A stretch of DNA of 64,000 bases from a virus (IMGVR_UViG_3300034084_000080:6631-70630); one strand, 5' to 3'; counted from the stretch's first letter, positions 1 to 9,278 are shown. Notes: generated by a model from the sequence alone, not told the origin. Numbers and translations are program-made.

Positions 1-16
1 AATAATAACTAAAAAC

Positions 17-250
17 ATGAGACTATTTGAAATTTTAGACAAAATGAATGTGTCGGATATTGAAAAAGGCACAAGCTATCTTGGAGTATGCAATGAAGTA
101 ATTGCTATTGATAAGATTGGACACAATGGTAAAGTAACTATTGGTATTCCTGGTCATGTTGCCGAGGAAATTATAGTAAAAGATAAAGACATAAGGCCAA
201 TCCTTTTACTGGTAGATGGCAAAGAGTACGAAAAATTAAAAAATGGTTAA
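17..250 (+). CDS. Hypothetical phage protein
   Basis: 77-aa ORF with A-rich leader, co-oriented with operon. Confidence 0.55.
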   Translation: MRLFEILDKMNVSDIEKGTSYLGVCNEVIAIDKIGHNGKVTIGIPGHVAEEIIVKDKDIRPILLLVDGKEYEKLKNG

Positions 251-297
251 TAAAAATCACCACCGAAATAAAACTGTTAAAATTTTTAATAAAATAC

Positions 298-678
298 ATG
301 GGTTATTCTGAAAATTTAAGGAAAAAACTAGCTGCCAGGCTTTTAAAGAAAAGTTCAAGCAATTGGATTGAAGTTAATTTATCTGAGGTTGATCACCCTA
401 TTTGGATGACAAGGTGCTTTAGAAACAACAAATACGTGGTGATGATCAATGATGAATGCATGACAACCCATGGATATGCCATAAGAGCAATGGTTCAAAA
501 AAATGATGATACGCCAATTTTGAATCATTGGCGAGAAATTCAGAATATTAAAAATGAACTTTTTGGAGAGGAGGTAACAGCCATTGAATATTATCCCGCT
601 GAAAGTAATCTTCAGGATCTTCATAATATTTATTGGTTATGGATATACCCTGATGGAGTATTACCAATTCCTGTTTAA
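298..678 (+). CDS. Conserved phage protein (DUF7694-like)
   Basis: WREIQNIKNELFGEEVTAIEYYPAES...NIYWLW motif recalled from this family. Confidence 0.5.
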   Translation: MGYSENLRKKLAARLLKKSSSNWIEVNLSEVDHPIWMTRCFRNNKYVVMINDECMTTHGYAIRAMVQKNDDTPILNHWREIQNIKNELFGEEVTAIEYYPAESNLQDLHNIYWLWIYPDGVLPIPV

Positions 679-681
679 TAA

Positions 682-700
682 TTATACGATTTTCATATAA
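682..700. promoter_or_regulatory. 19-bp palindromic operator-like site
   Basis: TTATACGATTTTCATATAA, 12 nt before the ATG at 713. Confidence 0.75.
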
Positions 701-712
701 AGTAACAACAAA

Positions 713-1465
713 ATGAAACTAAACCTAACCAGACCGCTTGCCTTCTTTGACTTAGAGGCAACCGGTATTGATCGTGAGAATGATCGCATAGTTGAAATAG
801 CTATCTGTAAACTTATGCCAGATGGTTCACAAGTAGTAAAAACCAGAAGAGTAAACCCAGGCATTCCAATTCTTGCAGGAGCAACAGAGGTTCACGGAAT
901 TAGTGATGATGATGTAAAAGATGAACCGTTTTTTGAAGCTCTTGCGCCAGGACTTATCAAGTTTTTGGAGGATTGTGATGTAGCCGGCTTTAATTCAAAC
1001 GCCTATGATATTCCTATGCTTTTCAATGAATTTCAGCGTGCCGGCATTTATTGGGATTATACCAAATTCAGGAAGATTGATGCAGGGAATATCTTTAAGA
1101 TAAATGAACCAAGAACTCTTTCTGCAGCAGTAAAATTCTATTGCGGAAGAGATATGGAAAATGCTCACTCAGCAGAAGCAGATATTTTGGCGACAGTTGA
1201 TGTTTTTATGGCTCAGGTAGAAAAGTACCCAGATCTGCCTGCCAATCTTGATGAGCTTGAATTGTTCTGTAATTACGGAAAGCCTATTCTGGATATATCC
1301 GGAAAGTTTACAACAGATGATGAAGGGTTTATTGTTTTCAACTATGGACCTAAACGTGGGGTAAGGGCAATGGATGAATTGGGATTAGTTCAATGGATGA
1401 TCAATAAAGATTTTCCGCAGGATACTAAAAATATCTGTTATCAAATATTGGAGGAATACGAATGA
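713..1465 (+). CDS. DEDDh 3'-5' exonuclease (DNA polymerase III epsilon-like)
   Basis: FFDLEATG, AGFNSNAYD and HSAEAD motifs. Confidence 0.9.
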   Translation: MKLNLTRPLAFFDLEATGIDRENDRIVEIAICKLMPDGSQVVKTRRVNPGIPILAGATEVHGISDDDVKDEPFFEALAPGLIKFLEDCDVAGFNSNAYDIPMLFNEFQRAGIYWDYTKFRKIDAGNIFKINEPRTLSAAVKFYCGRDMENAHSAEADILATVDVFMAQVEKYPDLPANLDELELFCNYGKPILDISGKFTTDDEGFIVFNYGPKRGVRAMDELGLVQWMINKDFPQDTKNICYQILEEYE

Positions 1466-1707
1466 ATTGGGAATCAATAGATCAAAAGTATTCCGGATAT
1501 CTATATAGGGCTCCAATATTCGGAGGTTGGCTTGTGAAAGAGGTTCATGATGTATCGACTATCCTACCTGATTGGAGTGCTAATATACCTGGAATCAGAA
1601 ATGAACAAGGCTACGAATTTCGATCATCTATCACGTTTGTACCTGATCCAAATCATGAATGGGATTTAAACAAAGAATATGGAATTAAGCTTAGTAAAAC
1701 TTCCTGA
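1462..1707 (+). CDS. Hypothetical phage protein
   Basis: 81-aa ORF with ATGA overlap to the upstream gene. Confidence 0.55.
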   Translation: MNWESIDQKYSGYLYRAPIFGGWLVKEVHDVSTILPDWSANIPGIRNEQGYEFRSSITFVPDPNHEWDLNKEYGIKLSKTS

Positions 1708-2092
1708 TCAAACATTTAAAGCTGCATACGACAGTGATTATGAAAAGGTCATGAAAGTGAAGGTAGGTGAGATTTATAAGTGCCAAATAACCAAGCCAAG
1801 GAATTATGAGTTCCATAAGAAGTATTTCGCACTGATAAATATGGTTTACGAAAACCAAGAGCTTTTTGATAACATAGAAGATTTAAGATCAGAACTTACG
1901 ATAAAAGCCGGTTTTTTCAGCATTTATCATGGCCTTGATGGTAACATAAAAAAGAAAGCCAATAGCATAAGTTTCTCTGAGATGGATGGATTTCAATTTC
2001 AGGAATTATACGAGAGAACCAAAGATGTTATCTGCATTCATTTCAGGTTTACTAAAGAATCAATAGAACAGAATATTCACCAATACTATTAA
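1679..2092 (+). CDS. DUF1367/NinB-like protein
   Basis: KPRNYEFHKKYFAL and SISFSEMD...FQELY motifs. Confidence 0.6.
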   Translation: MELSLVKLPDQTFKAAYDSDYEKVMKVKVGEIYKCQITKPRNYEFHKKYFALINMVYENQELFDNIEDLRSELTIKAGFFSIYHGLDGNIKKKANSISFSEMDGFQFQELYERTKDVICIHFRFTKESIEQNIHQYY

Positions 2093-2093
2093 A

Positions 2094-2261
2094 ATGAAAA
2101 CATTAAAGTCTAGGATCGTGAAGTTTTCAGAAAATTTCAAACTATTCTTCGAAGAAAATATCGAAATAAAGTCTGCAATGGCAATAATTTTTGGTGCTGC
2201 AGCAGCTTCGGCAATATCCATATTTTACATTGTAAACAAATTTATAAAAGCTATGTTATGA
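2094..2261 (+). CDS. Small membrane protein (55 aa, not in ORF track)
   Basis: Hand translation MKTLKSRIVK...AMAIIFGAAAASAISIFYIVNKFIKAML; ATGA overlap with next gene. Confidence 0.55.
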   Translation: MKTLKSRIVKFSENFKLFFEENIEIKSAMAIIFGAAAASAISIFYIVNKFIKAML

Positions 2262-2725
2262 AAACAGAGGATCAAATTATTAACAAGATTATTGAGGGAA
2301 TTGCCTCAGATAATCATTCACTTGCTGAGGATGCTTTAAAAGAATACCTAAAAGAACAATCCATTGCAGGATTTCAAGACCGGGTAAACAAATTCCTGGC
2401 AGAATGTTTCGGCAAAGATCTTAACAAATCAGATCGTGTATTCAGGTTCCTGGAAGAAGCTTTAGAACTTGCCCAAGCTTGCGGATGCAGCAAGAAAGAT
2501 GCTAAAAGATTGGTAGACTATGTTTATGGCAGACCTATTGGTTTACCTAGCCAAGAGATAGGTGGGGTAATGGTAACATTGGCGGCACTAAGCAGTGTAA
2601 TGAATATCAATTTAGCAAAATCATCATTTCAAGAGATTGAAAGAGATGAAGGCAGACGGGTTCAAATCAGAGAAAAACATAATTCAAGACCTAAAAACAG
2701 CCCTCTTCCGGGCACTTACAATTAA
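2258..2725 (+). CDS. MazG-like nucleotide pyrophosphohydrolase
   Basis: RFLEEALELAQA...QEIGGVMVTL acidic helical motif. Confidence 0.65.
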   Translation: MKTEDQIINKIIEGIASDNHSLAEDALKEYLKEQSIAGFQDRVNKFLAECFGKDLNKSDRVFRFLEEALELAQACGCSKKDAKRLVDYVYGRPIGLPSQEIGGVMVTLAALSSVMNINLAKSSFQEIERDEGRRVQIREKHNSRPKNSPLPGTYN

Positions 2726-2728
2726 ATC

Positions 2729-2974
2729 ATGCAGAAATTAGAAGCACTCTTCAGATCATCAGGGAACTCAGAATTTATCCCAAAAGAAAAAGCCTTAGAA
2801 ATTGCCAGTCAAATTGATAAGGAACGAGAAAAGACTCAGGAATTGTTAAGAAAGTTAGAAAAGTGGGTTGGCATGACACTCAAAGAGGAGATTGAAATAC
2901 ATCTTTCCGAAATGAATGGAACTACATTCAACCCAATAAGCTTTCACTATGATCGTTTAAACGGTGATCAGTAA
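2729..2974 (+). CDS. Hypothetical phage protein
   Basis: 81-aa ORF in operon. Confidence 0.5.
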   Translation: MQKLEALFRSSGNSEFIPKEKALEIASQIDKEREKTQELLRKLEKWVGMTLKEEIEIHLSEMNGTTFNPISFHYDRLNGDQ

Positions 2975-2989
2975 TAAATTTTACTAATA

Positions 2990-3008
2990 TTATACGATAA
3001 TCGAATAA
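2990..3008. promoter_or_regulatory. 19-bp palindromic operator-like site
   Basis: TTATACGATAATCGAATAA in the intergenic gap. Confidence 0.7.
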
Positions 3009-3032
3009 TTGTTTAACTTAAATCGCTCAAAA

Positions 3033-3359
3033 ATGAGTAACAACGACAACAACTACTTCAATACAACAGATCTTCAAGGTGCTGAATTGGAGGAAGCTCA
3101 GGAAAAATCATTATTCCAAAGGGATGTAATCTTCAATGTTTTTAAAGATAATCCCCAGGATGAACTTACACCTTTTGATGTTCAAAGGAAGCTATATAAG
3201 AAAGGATATAAATATCCATTGACATCTATAAGGGCAAGAATGACAACACTAACGAAGGATGGTTTACTGATCCGGAGTTCGGTGGCTGATGCTATTGGAG
3301 GGTACAATGCCAAAAACCATACATGGAAACTATCAATTTCAGGACTTAATTCTCATTAA
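3033..3359 (+). CDS. Winged-helix DNA-binding protein
   Basis: LTPFDVQRKL...LTSIRARMTTLTKDGLLIRS wHTH pattern; ATG start at 3033 preferred over TTG at 3009. Confidence 0.55.
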   Translation: MSNNDNNYFNTTDLQGAELEEAQEKSLFQRDVIFNVFKDNPQDELTPFDVQRKLYKKGYKYPLTSIRARMTTLTKDGLLIRSSVADAIGGYNAKNHTWKLSISGLNSH

Positions 3360-3377
3360 TATATGAAAATCGTATAT
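3359..3377. promoter_or_regulatory. 19-bp palindromic site overlapping the start codon at 3363
   Basis: ATATATGAAAATCGTATAT. Confidence 0.6.
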
Positions 3378-3686
3378 ATCGCACACCCAATTTCAAATGA
3401 TCCGGAAAAAAATCTGAAACATCTTGAATTTATTTACCGGTTTATAACATTGACTTTCCCTGATGTAATACCGTTTATTCCGTACTACGCAACTGTAAAA
3501 AGTCTCAACGACAAAAATCCTGATGAAAGAAAGATAGGTTTAGATCACAATCTGGAAATGTTCAATCGTAAGATGTTTGATGAACTATGGATCTGCTCAA
3601 AGAGAATTTCTCCTGGGATGCAAATTGAGATCGACAAGGCAAATGAATTAGGTATTCCGGTTGTAACAATGGTGGAGGAATCGTAA
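3363..3686 (+). CDS. DUF4406-like (nucleoside deoxyribosyltransferase-like fold) protein
   Basis: VYIAHPIS N-terminus; DELWICSKRISPGMQIEIDKANELGIPV. Confidence 0.6.
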   Translation: MKIVYIAHPISNDPEKNLKHLEFIYRFITLTFPDVIPFIPYYATVKSLNDKNPDERKIGLDHNLEMFNRKMFDELWICSKRISPGMQIEIDKANELGIPVVTMVEES

Positions 3687-4759
3687 TGGGTAAATTACCG
3701 ATTAATAGAATTATCAATTCAGACTGCATTGAAGGTATGAAATCCTTACCTGATGCTTGTGTTGATTGTTGTGTTACTTCACCTCCATACTTTGGGCTGA
3801 GGGACTATGGTAACGATGATCAGATTGGATTAGAATCTACACCTGAACTATTTGTTGCTAAAGTAGTTGAAGTGTTCACAGAGGTTAAAAGGGTGCTTAA
3901 ACCTGAAGGGACATTGTGGCTGAATATAGGAGATAGTTATGCTTCATCTGCTGGAGGATATAGTTCAAAAGGAAGTCGTGGATACAACTCTTTGATATCC
4001 AAAAATACTCAAGCTGCTGTTTTATCTCACAAGAACAGAAAACCACCAATAGGATTAAAGACTAAAGACCTTATTGGTATTCCATGGATGGTAGCATTTG
4101 CTTTACGTTCATCAGGGTGGTATCTAAGGCAGGATATAATCTGGAGCAAACCAAATCCGATGCCTGAAAGTGTTACAGACCGATGCACGAAAGCGCATGA
4201 ATATATTTTCCTGCTTTCAAAATCTAAAAAGTATTTCTATGACCATGAAGCGATTAAAATTCAAATGGCCGACAGTTCTATGCAAAGACTTTCTCAAAAC
4301 ATAGAAGATCAGCAAGGATCAGCAAGAGTGCCAGGAAAAAATAACGGAAAGATGAAAGCAGTAGGAATGTATGTTGGAGGAAAGAAGCACAAGAATGTAG
4401 ACTATAAAGGAAGACTTAAGGCAAATACTATTCACAAAACCAGAAACGATAACGGAACAGAATGGCAAAATGAATCTGGGAAAGCCAATAAGCGTTCAGT
4501 ATGGACTGTAACAACCAAACCATTTTCGGAGGCTCACTTCGCCACGTTCCCGCAAGAATTAATTATTGACTGCATAAAAGCAGGATGTCCAGAGAACGGT
4601 ATTGTTTTAGATCCGTTTATGGGAGCCGGTACTACAGCTCTGGTTGCTTCAAAGTTGAATCGTAACTATATAGGATTTGAACTTAATCCTAAATATATAG
4701 TGATAGCTGAAAAAAGGCTTTATAAAGATTTGGGGATATTTAAAAATGAGGCGTTATAA
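3686..4759 (+). CDS. Orphan DNA amino-methyltransferase (N4-C/N6-A, beta class)
   Basis: TSPPY catalytic motif before the DPFMGAGTT SAM-binding motif. Confidence 0.92.
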   Translation: MGKLPINRIINSDCIEGMKSLPDACVDCCVTSPPYFGLRDYGNDDQIGLESTPELFVAKVVEVFTEVKRVLKPEGTLWLNIGDSYASSAGGYSSKGSRGYNSLISKNTQAAVLSHKNRKPPIGLKTKDLIGIPWMVAFALRSSGWYLRQDIIWSKPNPMPESVTDRCTKAHEYIFLLSKSKKYFYDHEAIKIQMADSSMQRLSQNIEDQQGSARVPGKNNGKMKAVGMYVGGKKHKNVDYKGRLKANTIHKTRNDNGTEWQNESGKANKRSVWTVTTKPFSEAHFATFPQELIIDCIKAGCPENGIVLDPFMGAGTTALVASKLNRNYIGFELNPKYIVIAEKRLYKDLGIFKNEAL

Positions 4760-5565
4760 TGGCATTAAGAGATCAACCATACCTTCCGCTTTATATCCAA
4801 GACTTTTTAACTGATGAAAAGTTAATGGAATGTTCTGCATCAACACTGGGGATTTACATTAAACTCATGTGTATCCTTCACAAGCAGGAGGAGTATGGAG
4901 TTATTTTGCTAAAGCAAAAAGACAAGCAAAGTGACAAGCAGGAAATAAATTTTGCTAGTAAAATTGCTAGGTTTTTGCCATACAGTTTGCTTGAAGTTCA
5001 ACAAGCATTAAATGAACTTTTGAGTGAAAAAGTCTTGTTTATTGAGGGTGATAAACTGATACAAAAACGTATGCAAAAAGATGGTTTAATTAGTGATGAA
5101 CGCAGTAAATCAGGTTCTAAGGGTGGGAAAAATACTCAACTTAAAAACAAAAATTTTGCTAAAGCAAAAACTAAAGCAAAAACTAAAGCAAAAACTAAAG
5201 CAAACTCTGAATATGAAAATGAATATGAAAATGAATATGAAAATGAATATGAATTTATAGATAAAAAGGAGTTCGTTGAAATTTTTGACCGATGGATTAA
5301 ATACAAAAAAGCCAGGAAGGAAAAATACAAGACTGCTGACAGCCTAAAATCTGCTTACAACAAACTAGTGAAGTTGAGTGAAGGAAAACATGAAACCGCT
5401 CATGAAATTATTGAAGAAGCGATCTCGAATAATTGGGCTGGATTCTTCGCATTAAAAAACAATCAAGCAAAAACCCAGGATAAGTTTGAAAAGTTAGGTA
5501 AAGCTTATCATTCCATTGAAAATCCATTTAAAAAGCCAAACAATGAAGAGCTTACAATTGACTAA
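4759..5565 (+). CDS. Phage replication initiator (replisome organiser-like)
   Basis: PYLPLYIQDFL N-terminus, low-complexity repeat linker, FDRWIKYKKARK...NNWAGFF C-terminal domain. Confidence 0.7.
   Translation: MALRDQPYLPLYIQDFLTDEKLMECSASTLGIYIKLMCILHKQEEYGVILLKQKDKQSDKQEINFASKIARFLPYSLLEVQQALNELLSEKVLFIEGDKLIQKRMQKDGLISDERSKSGSKGGKNTQLKNKNFAKAKTKAKTKAKTKANSEYENEYENEYENEYEFIDKKEFVEIFDRWIKYKKARKEKYKTADSLKSAYNKLVKLSEGKHETAHEIIEEAISNNWAGFFALKNNQAKTQDKFEKLGKAYHSIENPFKKPNNEELTID
5159..5253 (+). repeat. Two tandem 12-bp arrays inside the initiator gene (candidate iterons/origin)
   Basis: CTAAAGCAAAAA x3 plus 10 nt (5159-5204); GAATATGAAAAT x3 plus 9 nt (5209-5253). Confidence 0.85.
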
Positions 5566-6397
5566 TCAATCAACTTCATTAAGTCCAAGGGATAATGAAG
5601 TGTCCGTTGCGCAAAAAAGTCCTATGATAAAAGATAGCGACAATTTTACGTTGTTTGAAATTTTCAAGAACTCCATTACAAAAGCTTATCTTCTAATCAG
5701 GTATGATTCTCCTTCTGAGCTTGCGTTGATTATAGGTGAAACTTTAAGATTAGCTTTAACAAACTGCCCTGATATTAGGGAGAATGAAATAAATATCGCA
5801 TTCACGAGGGGTGTTCTGGGTGAGTATGGAGATTTTAAAGGGTTGTCAGTGGTTACATTTATTGGATTCCTTAAAAGTTACCTAAAAGACGAAGAAAGGC
5901 AAAGGATTATTGCTTTGAGTATGGTTAAGCCTGAAGAGAAAAAAATTCCAACAGCAGAGGAAGTATTTGAAATGGCAAAAGGGAACGCTCTAAAAGCTCT
6001 TAATGATGTGAAAATCGGGAGAGATATAACACTTTCCGGATCTGCGGTGTATGACTGGTTAAGCCTACTGGGAGTTATTTCACTATCAACAGAAGAAAAG
6101 AATGAGAGCATGGATGAAGCTAAAAGCCAGTTGATCGAGGAGTACACTCACAAAAACATGACCGAAACAGACAGGTTTAAAAGGATTGATAACACAACAA
6201 TCATTGATACGCTTAATTCAGACTACAAATCTAGCCAAGATGTTCACAAAAAGTTGATCAGGAGGGCTAAGACAATTTCACTTAAATATTTTCTGCAAGG
6301 TATCATTGTTTCAGAGGAAAATTTTGATGAATTAATTGAATCGAAAAGATCAGAGTATGTATCAAGGCAGATAAATCAGTCGGATTTACCTAAATAA
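5543..6397 (+). CDS. Hypothetical protein (possible helicase-loader position)
   Basis: Directly follows and overlaps the initiator gene; function inferred from position only. Confidence 0.5.
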   Translation: MKSLQLTNQSTSLSPRDNEVSVAQKSPMIKDSDNFTLFEIFKNSITKAYLLIRYDSPSELALIIGETLRLALTNCPDIRENEINIAFTRGVLGEYGDFKGLSVVTFIGFLKSYLKDEERQRIIALSMVKPEEKKIPTAEEVFEMAKGNALKALNDVKIGRDITLSGSAVYDWLSLLGVISLSTEEKNESMDEAKSQLIEEYTHKNMTETDRFKRIDNTTIIDTLNSDYKSSQDVHKKLIRRAKTISLKYFLQGIIVSEENFDELIESKRSEYVSRQINQSDLPK

Positions 6398-6414
6398 TCA
6401 AACGTGTTCAATTA

Positions 6415-6433
6415 TTATACGATTATCGTATAA
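6415..6433. promoter_or_regulatory. Perfect 19-bp palindrome (operator consensus)
   Basis: TTATACGAT-T-ATCGTATAA. Confidence 0.85.
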
Positions 6434-6489
6434 AGTATTAGCCAATAAAAATTAACGCATTACAGAGCCTTATTTAAAGCAAATCGGAT

Positions 6490-6834
6490 ATGACATTTCT
6501 AAACGAACTACAAATCGAATCAGTTATGCTTCATGATGAGTTAGAGAAGCTTACTGATCTTCAAAAATTCATGGATGGCCCTTTGCTTGATGCAATCAAA
6601 TCAAAGAAGGATTATATCAAGGAAAGAATTGAGTACAACCTTAATCTCCAATCAAATCATTGGTTTGAATCTACCTGCTCAGAAAGTGAGGTAGTGAAGA
6701 TGTATTTCAATAATCCTGGTATTACCCAGGAAGAATTGGCCAGAAAGTTTAATACAACCAGTACGGTTGTTTCAAGGTTATTAACAAACAGTTTTAAAAA
6801 ACAAGGATATGGGGAAAATGGTCTTAGAGCATGA
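6490..6834 (+). CDS. HTH-containing protein
   Basis: C-terminal ITQEELARKFNTTSTVVSRLL helix-turn-helix. Confidence 0.6.
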   Translation: MTFLNELQIESVMLHDELEKLTDLQKFMDGPLLDAIKSKKDYIKERIEYNLNLQSNHWFESTCSESEVVKMYFNNPGITQEELARKFNTTSTVVSRLLTNSFKKQGYGENGLRA

Positions 6835-7048
6835 GATTAGGGAATTTATACCGATTAATATCAAGGTAATTCGCAAAGAAAACAACCTTACTCAACAGAA
6901 ATTTGCTGATTTATTGGAAGTAAAGCGAAATAGGGTTGGTGCATGGGAAGAAAAAAGAGGTGTTCCTCCATTGGAAATACTGGTCCGGATTAGTGAGTAT
7001 TTTGGTTTAGATCTGAAAAAATTTCTAACTGAAAAGTTATGCGACTGA
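6809..7048 (+). CDS. XRE-family HTH regulator
   Basis: NIKVIRKENNLTQQKFADLLEVKRNRVGAWEE. Confidence 0.85.
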   Translation: MGKMVLEHEIREFIPINIKVIRKENNLTQQKFADLLEVKRNRVGAWEEKRGVPPLEILVRISEYFGLDLKKFLTEKLCD

Positions 7049-7425
7049 TTGGGTATGACAGTGATTTCGCTTATGATCAATCAATTCTTCGGGTCAGGAA
7101 GAAGCGGAAATTCAAACTTAAGCCAAGGTTACAGAATGTCTTTGATCGTGATGATGGAATATGTCAACTGTGTTTAAGAAAAGTTGAGGAGATACACGCA
7201 ACAGTTGATCATATAATACCGGTTTCCAAGGGTGGAACGAATGAGGAAGATAATCTGCAGCTAGCGCATTGTTGGTGCAATACTATAAAATCCGATTGTG
7301 TAAGAATTAGGGTTCCGGAGTTCTACATATACCATAAGCTTTATGGATTAACAAGCATTAAAAGAAGTGCTGATTTTACTTTCAGTAGGAGGTATAGAAT
7401 CCCGAAACACGCATTAAAAGATTGA
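7039..7425 (+). CDS. HNH endonuclease
   Basis: CQLC...TVDHIIPVSKGG...NLQLAHCWCNTIK. Confidence 0.85.
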   Translation: MRLIGYDSDFAYDQSILRVRKKRKFKLKPRLQNVFDRDDGICQLCLRKVEEIHATVDHIIPVSKGGTNEEDNLQLAHCWCNTIKSDCVRIRVPEFYIYHKLYGLTSIKRSADFTFSRRYRIPKHALKD

Positions 7426-7892
7426 TTATGAGTAGAAGATTTACATTGGAGGATTTACAGAGGAAAGGCTTTCAGGTTGAAGGCGCAAAAGCTTCTAAAA
7501 GCGTAAATGAGAATAAGATAAGGAATGCTCAAAAAAACGAGATTGATGGGGTAAAATTTGCTTCAAAACTTGAATTGTTCTTATACAATTTGTTGAAAGT
7601 TACCAAAATCAGGTTTGAATTTCAGGTTGAATACGAATTACAGCCCGGATTTAGATTTCATGGGTCAAAAATTCAACCAATTAAGATTATCCCTGACTTT
7701 TATCTGCCAGATCATGATATGATCATTGATACAAAGGGTTTTCAGTTGGCTGATAACAAAATTAAATTCAAGATGCTAAAGAATAAACTGGTCTCTGATG
7801 GTAAAAACACAACTATCGAACTTCCAAGGACAAAAGAAGAGTGCGAAGCATTGGTAAATAAACTTTTATCACATAAAAAAACCCGGCAGTAA
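7422..7892 (+). CDS. DUF1064-like PD-(D/E)XK nuclease
   Basis: IDGVKFASKLE, FQVEYELQP and PDF...IIDTKG motifs. Confidence 0.7.
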   Translation: MIMSRRFTLEDLQRKGFQVEGAKASKSVNENKIRNAQKNEIDGVKFASKLELFLYNLLKVTKIRFEFQVEYELQPGFRFHGSKIQPIKIIPDFYLPDHDMIIDTKGFQLADNKIKFKMLKNKLVSDGKNTTIELPRTKEECEALVNKLLSHKKTRQ

Positions 7893-7946
7893 ATTAATAC
7901 TCCGGGCTTTTTACGTTATTTTTGAATGTAATTAAAACGGCATCTT

Positions 7947-8383
7947 TTACTTTGTGTAATTACCGTTTGGATCATTAAAACACTCCGATATTTTTAACTG
8001 TTGTAGCTTTGATTTTATCTCCTCAACATCATCGGTTAAGATTGAGTAATATAAAGCACCACCCATTGAATCCCTGATTTTTTCAGCATCAGCTAACTGT
8101 TTCTCTCCTTCTTCCACAGTGGTAAATTCGAGGTTCTTGTGTAAAAAGTTCATTTTTTGTTGTTACGTTGTTAAATTTATTAATTTTCTATTTCATTTTT
8201 GATATCCATCCAAATTAACTTTATCTTTTCTTCTTCAAAAGGAAGTATTCTACGGTAATTTTTCCCGGAAATCTTCTTGTTAAGTTTTGAATTTGCAACA
8301 TTTAAACTGAGATCAGGGTATAACCTTCGTGCGATCTCTGATCTTTTTACTGCAGGATGATTTAATATTTTATTGATGTCCAT
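7947..8383 (-). other. Two small early ORFs (7947-8153 and 8180-8383, the latter HTH-like)
   Basis: ORF track; VKRSEIARRLYP in the second ORF resembles an HTH. Confidence 0.5.
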
Positions 8384-8392
8384 TTTATAAAG

Positions 8393-8932
8393 TTAAATTA
8401 GTTTCCTTTTTTTAGGTTTGGTCTGCAAACCTGTTTTGTGTGCGTGTAATTGATTTTCACTTTGCGTACACCATTCAAGATTTTCAACTCGATTATCTGT
8501 TTTTATACCATTAATGTGATTTACATGAGGTTTATTACTCTTATTTTCTATAAAGCAAATAGAAACCGCTCTGTGTACTGATATTTTTTTTGTTTTACCG
8601 TTAATTGATAATACAACTCTAAGATATCCACGAGTGGTTAATTCAGGTTTTAAAATCTGTTTGGAACTTTTTACCCTACCTAAATTAGACGCATAATATC
8701 CTTCATAATCAGTTATTGGTTCCCATTTTTCGCCAGGTAATGATTCTATTTTACTAACCTTACTAACGTAGTCACGTTTATTTCTTAATCTACTTAACTG
8801 ATTAATGCAAAGCTTGCAATAGTTCCTCGAATATGTATAATTATGTCCTTTAACTACGCAAGAATATGTTGAAAATTCAGAAATTTGTTTTTCTAAATTG
8901 CACTTTCTGCAAACCTTATTTTGATTTTTCAT
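8393..8932 (-). CDS. NUMOD4-HNH homing endonuclease
   Basis: EKWEPITDYEGYYASNLGRVKS (NUMOD4) plus VNHINGIKTDNRVENLEW (HNH). Confidence 0.9.
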   Translation of the reverse strand: MKNQNKVCRKCNLEKQISEFSTYSCVVKGHNYTYSRNYCKLCINQLSRLRNKRDYVSKVSKIESLPGEKWEPITDYEGYYASNLGRVKSSKQILKPELTTRGYLRVVLSINGKTKKISVHRAVSICFIENKSNKPHVNHINGIKTDNRVENLEWCTQSENQLHAHKTGLQTKPKKRKLI

Positions 8933-9138
8933 TACTCACTTATTTTGCTGAAATAATTAGTTAATTGTGTTGCAACATAAACGATGTTGTGCCTATCGTT
9001 TTGATTTAAACTGCAATAATCATCTGTTGTGATATACCCCAGAAAAATAGTTTGAAATGTTTCTTGTGCCTGATGTGGCTCAATTTGTGAAAACAGTTCA
9101 TTTAGAAGCTGTTCTTTTTGTGTTTTCTCGTTCTGCAT
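8932..9138 (-). CDS. Small protein downstream of RNA switch 1 (paralog of 13190-13393)
   Basis: Shares F-x-GY-x3-D-x2-C-x4-NDR pattern with the 13190-13393 product. Confidence 0.75.
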   Translation of the reverse strand: MQNEKTQKEQLLNELFSQIEPHQAQETFQTIFLGYITTDDYCSLNQNDRHNIVYVATQLTNYFSKISE

Positions 9139-9278
9139 GAGATTTAAAATTTGTAAATAAATGCCCAGGTCGCTGCAGAACGAGCCGGATAACCGGTTGT
9201 TGACGGACTTTCACCGTATCGCCTGGGCTTTATCTTTGTTAGGAAAATTTGAATTGGATCTCTCCGACTCATTCTGCA
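9127..9278 (-). ncRNA. Structured antisense-switch leader 1 (P4 CI / P1 c4-like architecture)
   Basis: Outer stem 9222-9228/9163-9169; hairpin ACGG-TGAAAGT-CCGT at 9203-9217; segment 9174-9194 complementary to 9256-9278 and to the start-codon region 9127-9137. Confidence 0.75.

Noticed and set aside
6415-6433. Palindrome as a host SOS (LexA) box
   Set aside because: Does not match the GGA-N5-TCC motif reported for Bacteroidetes LexA or the CTGT-N8-ACAG and GAAC-N4-GTTC boxes
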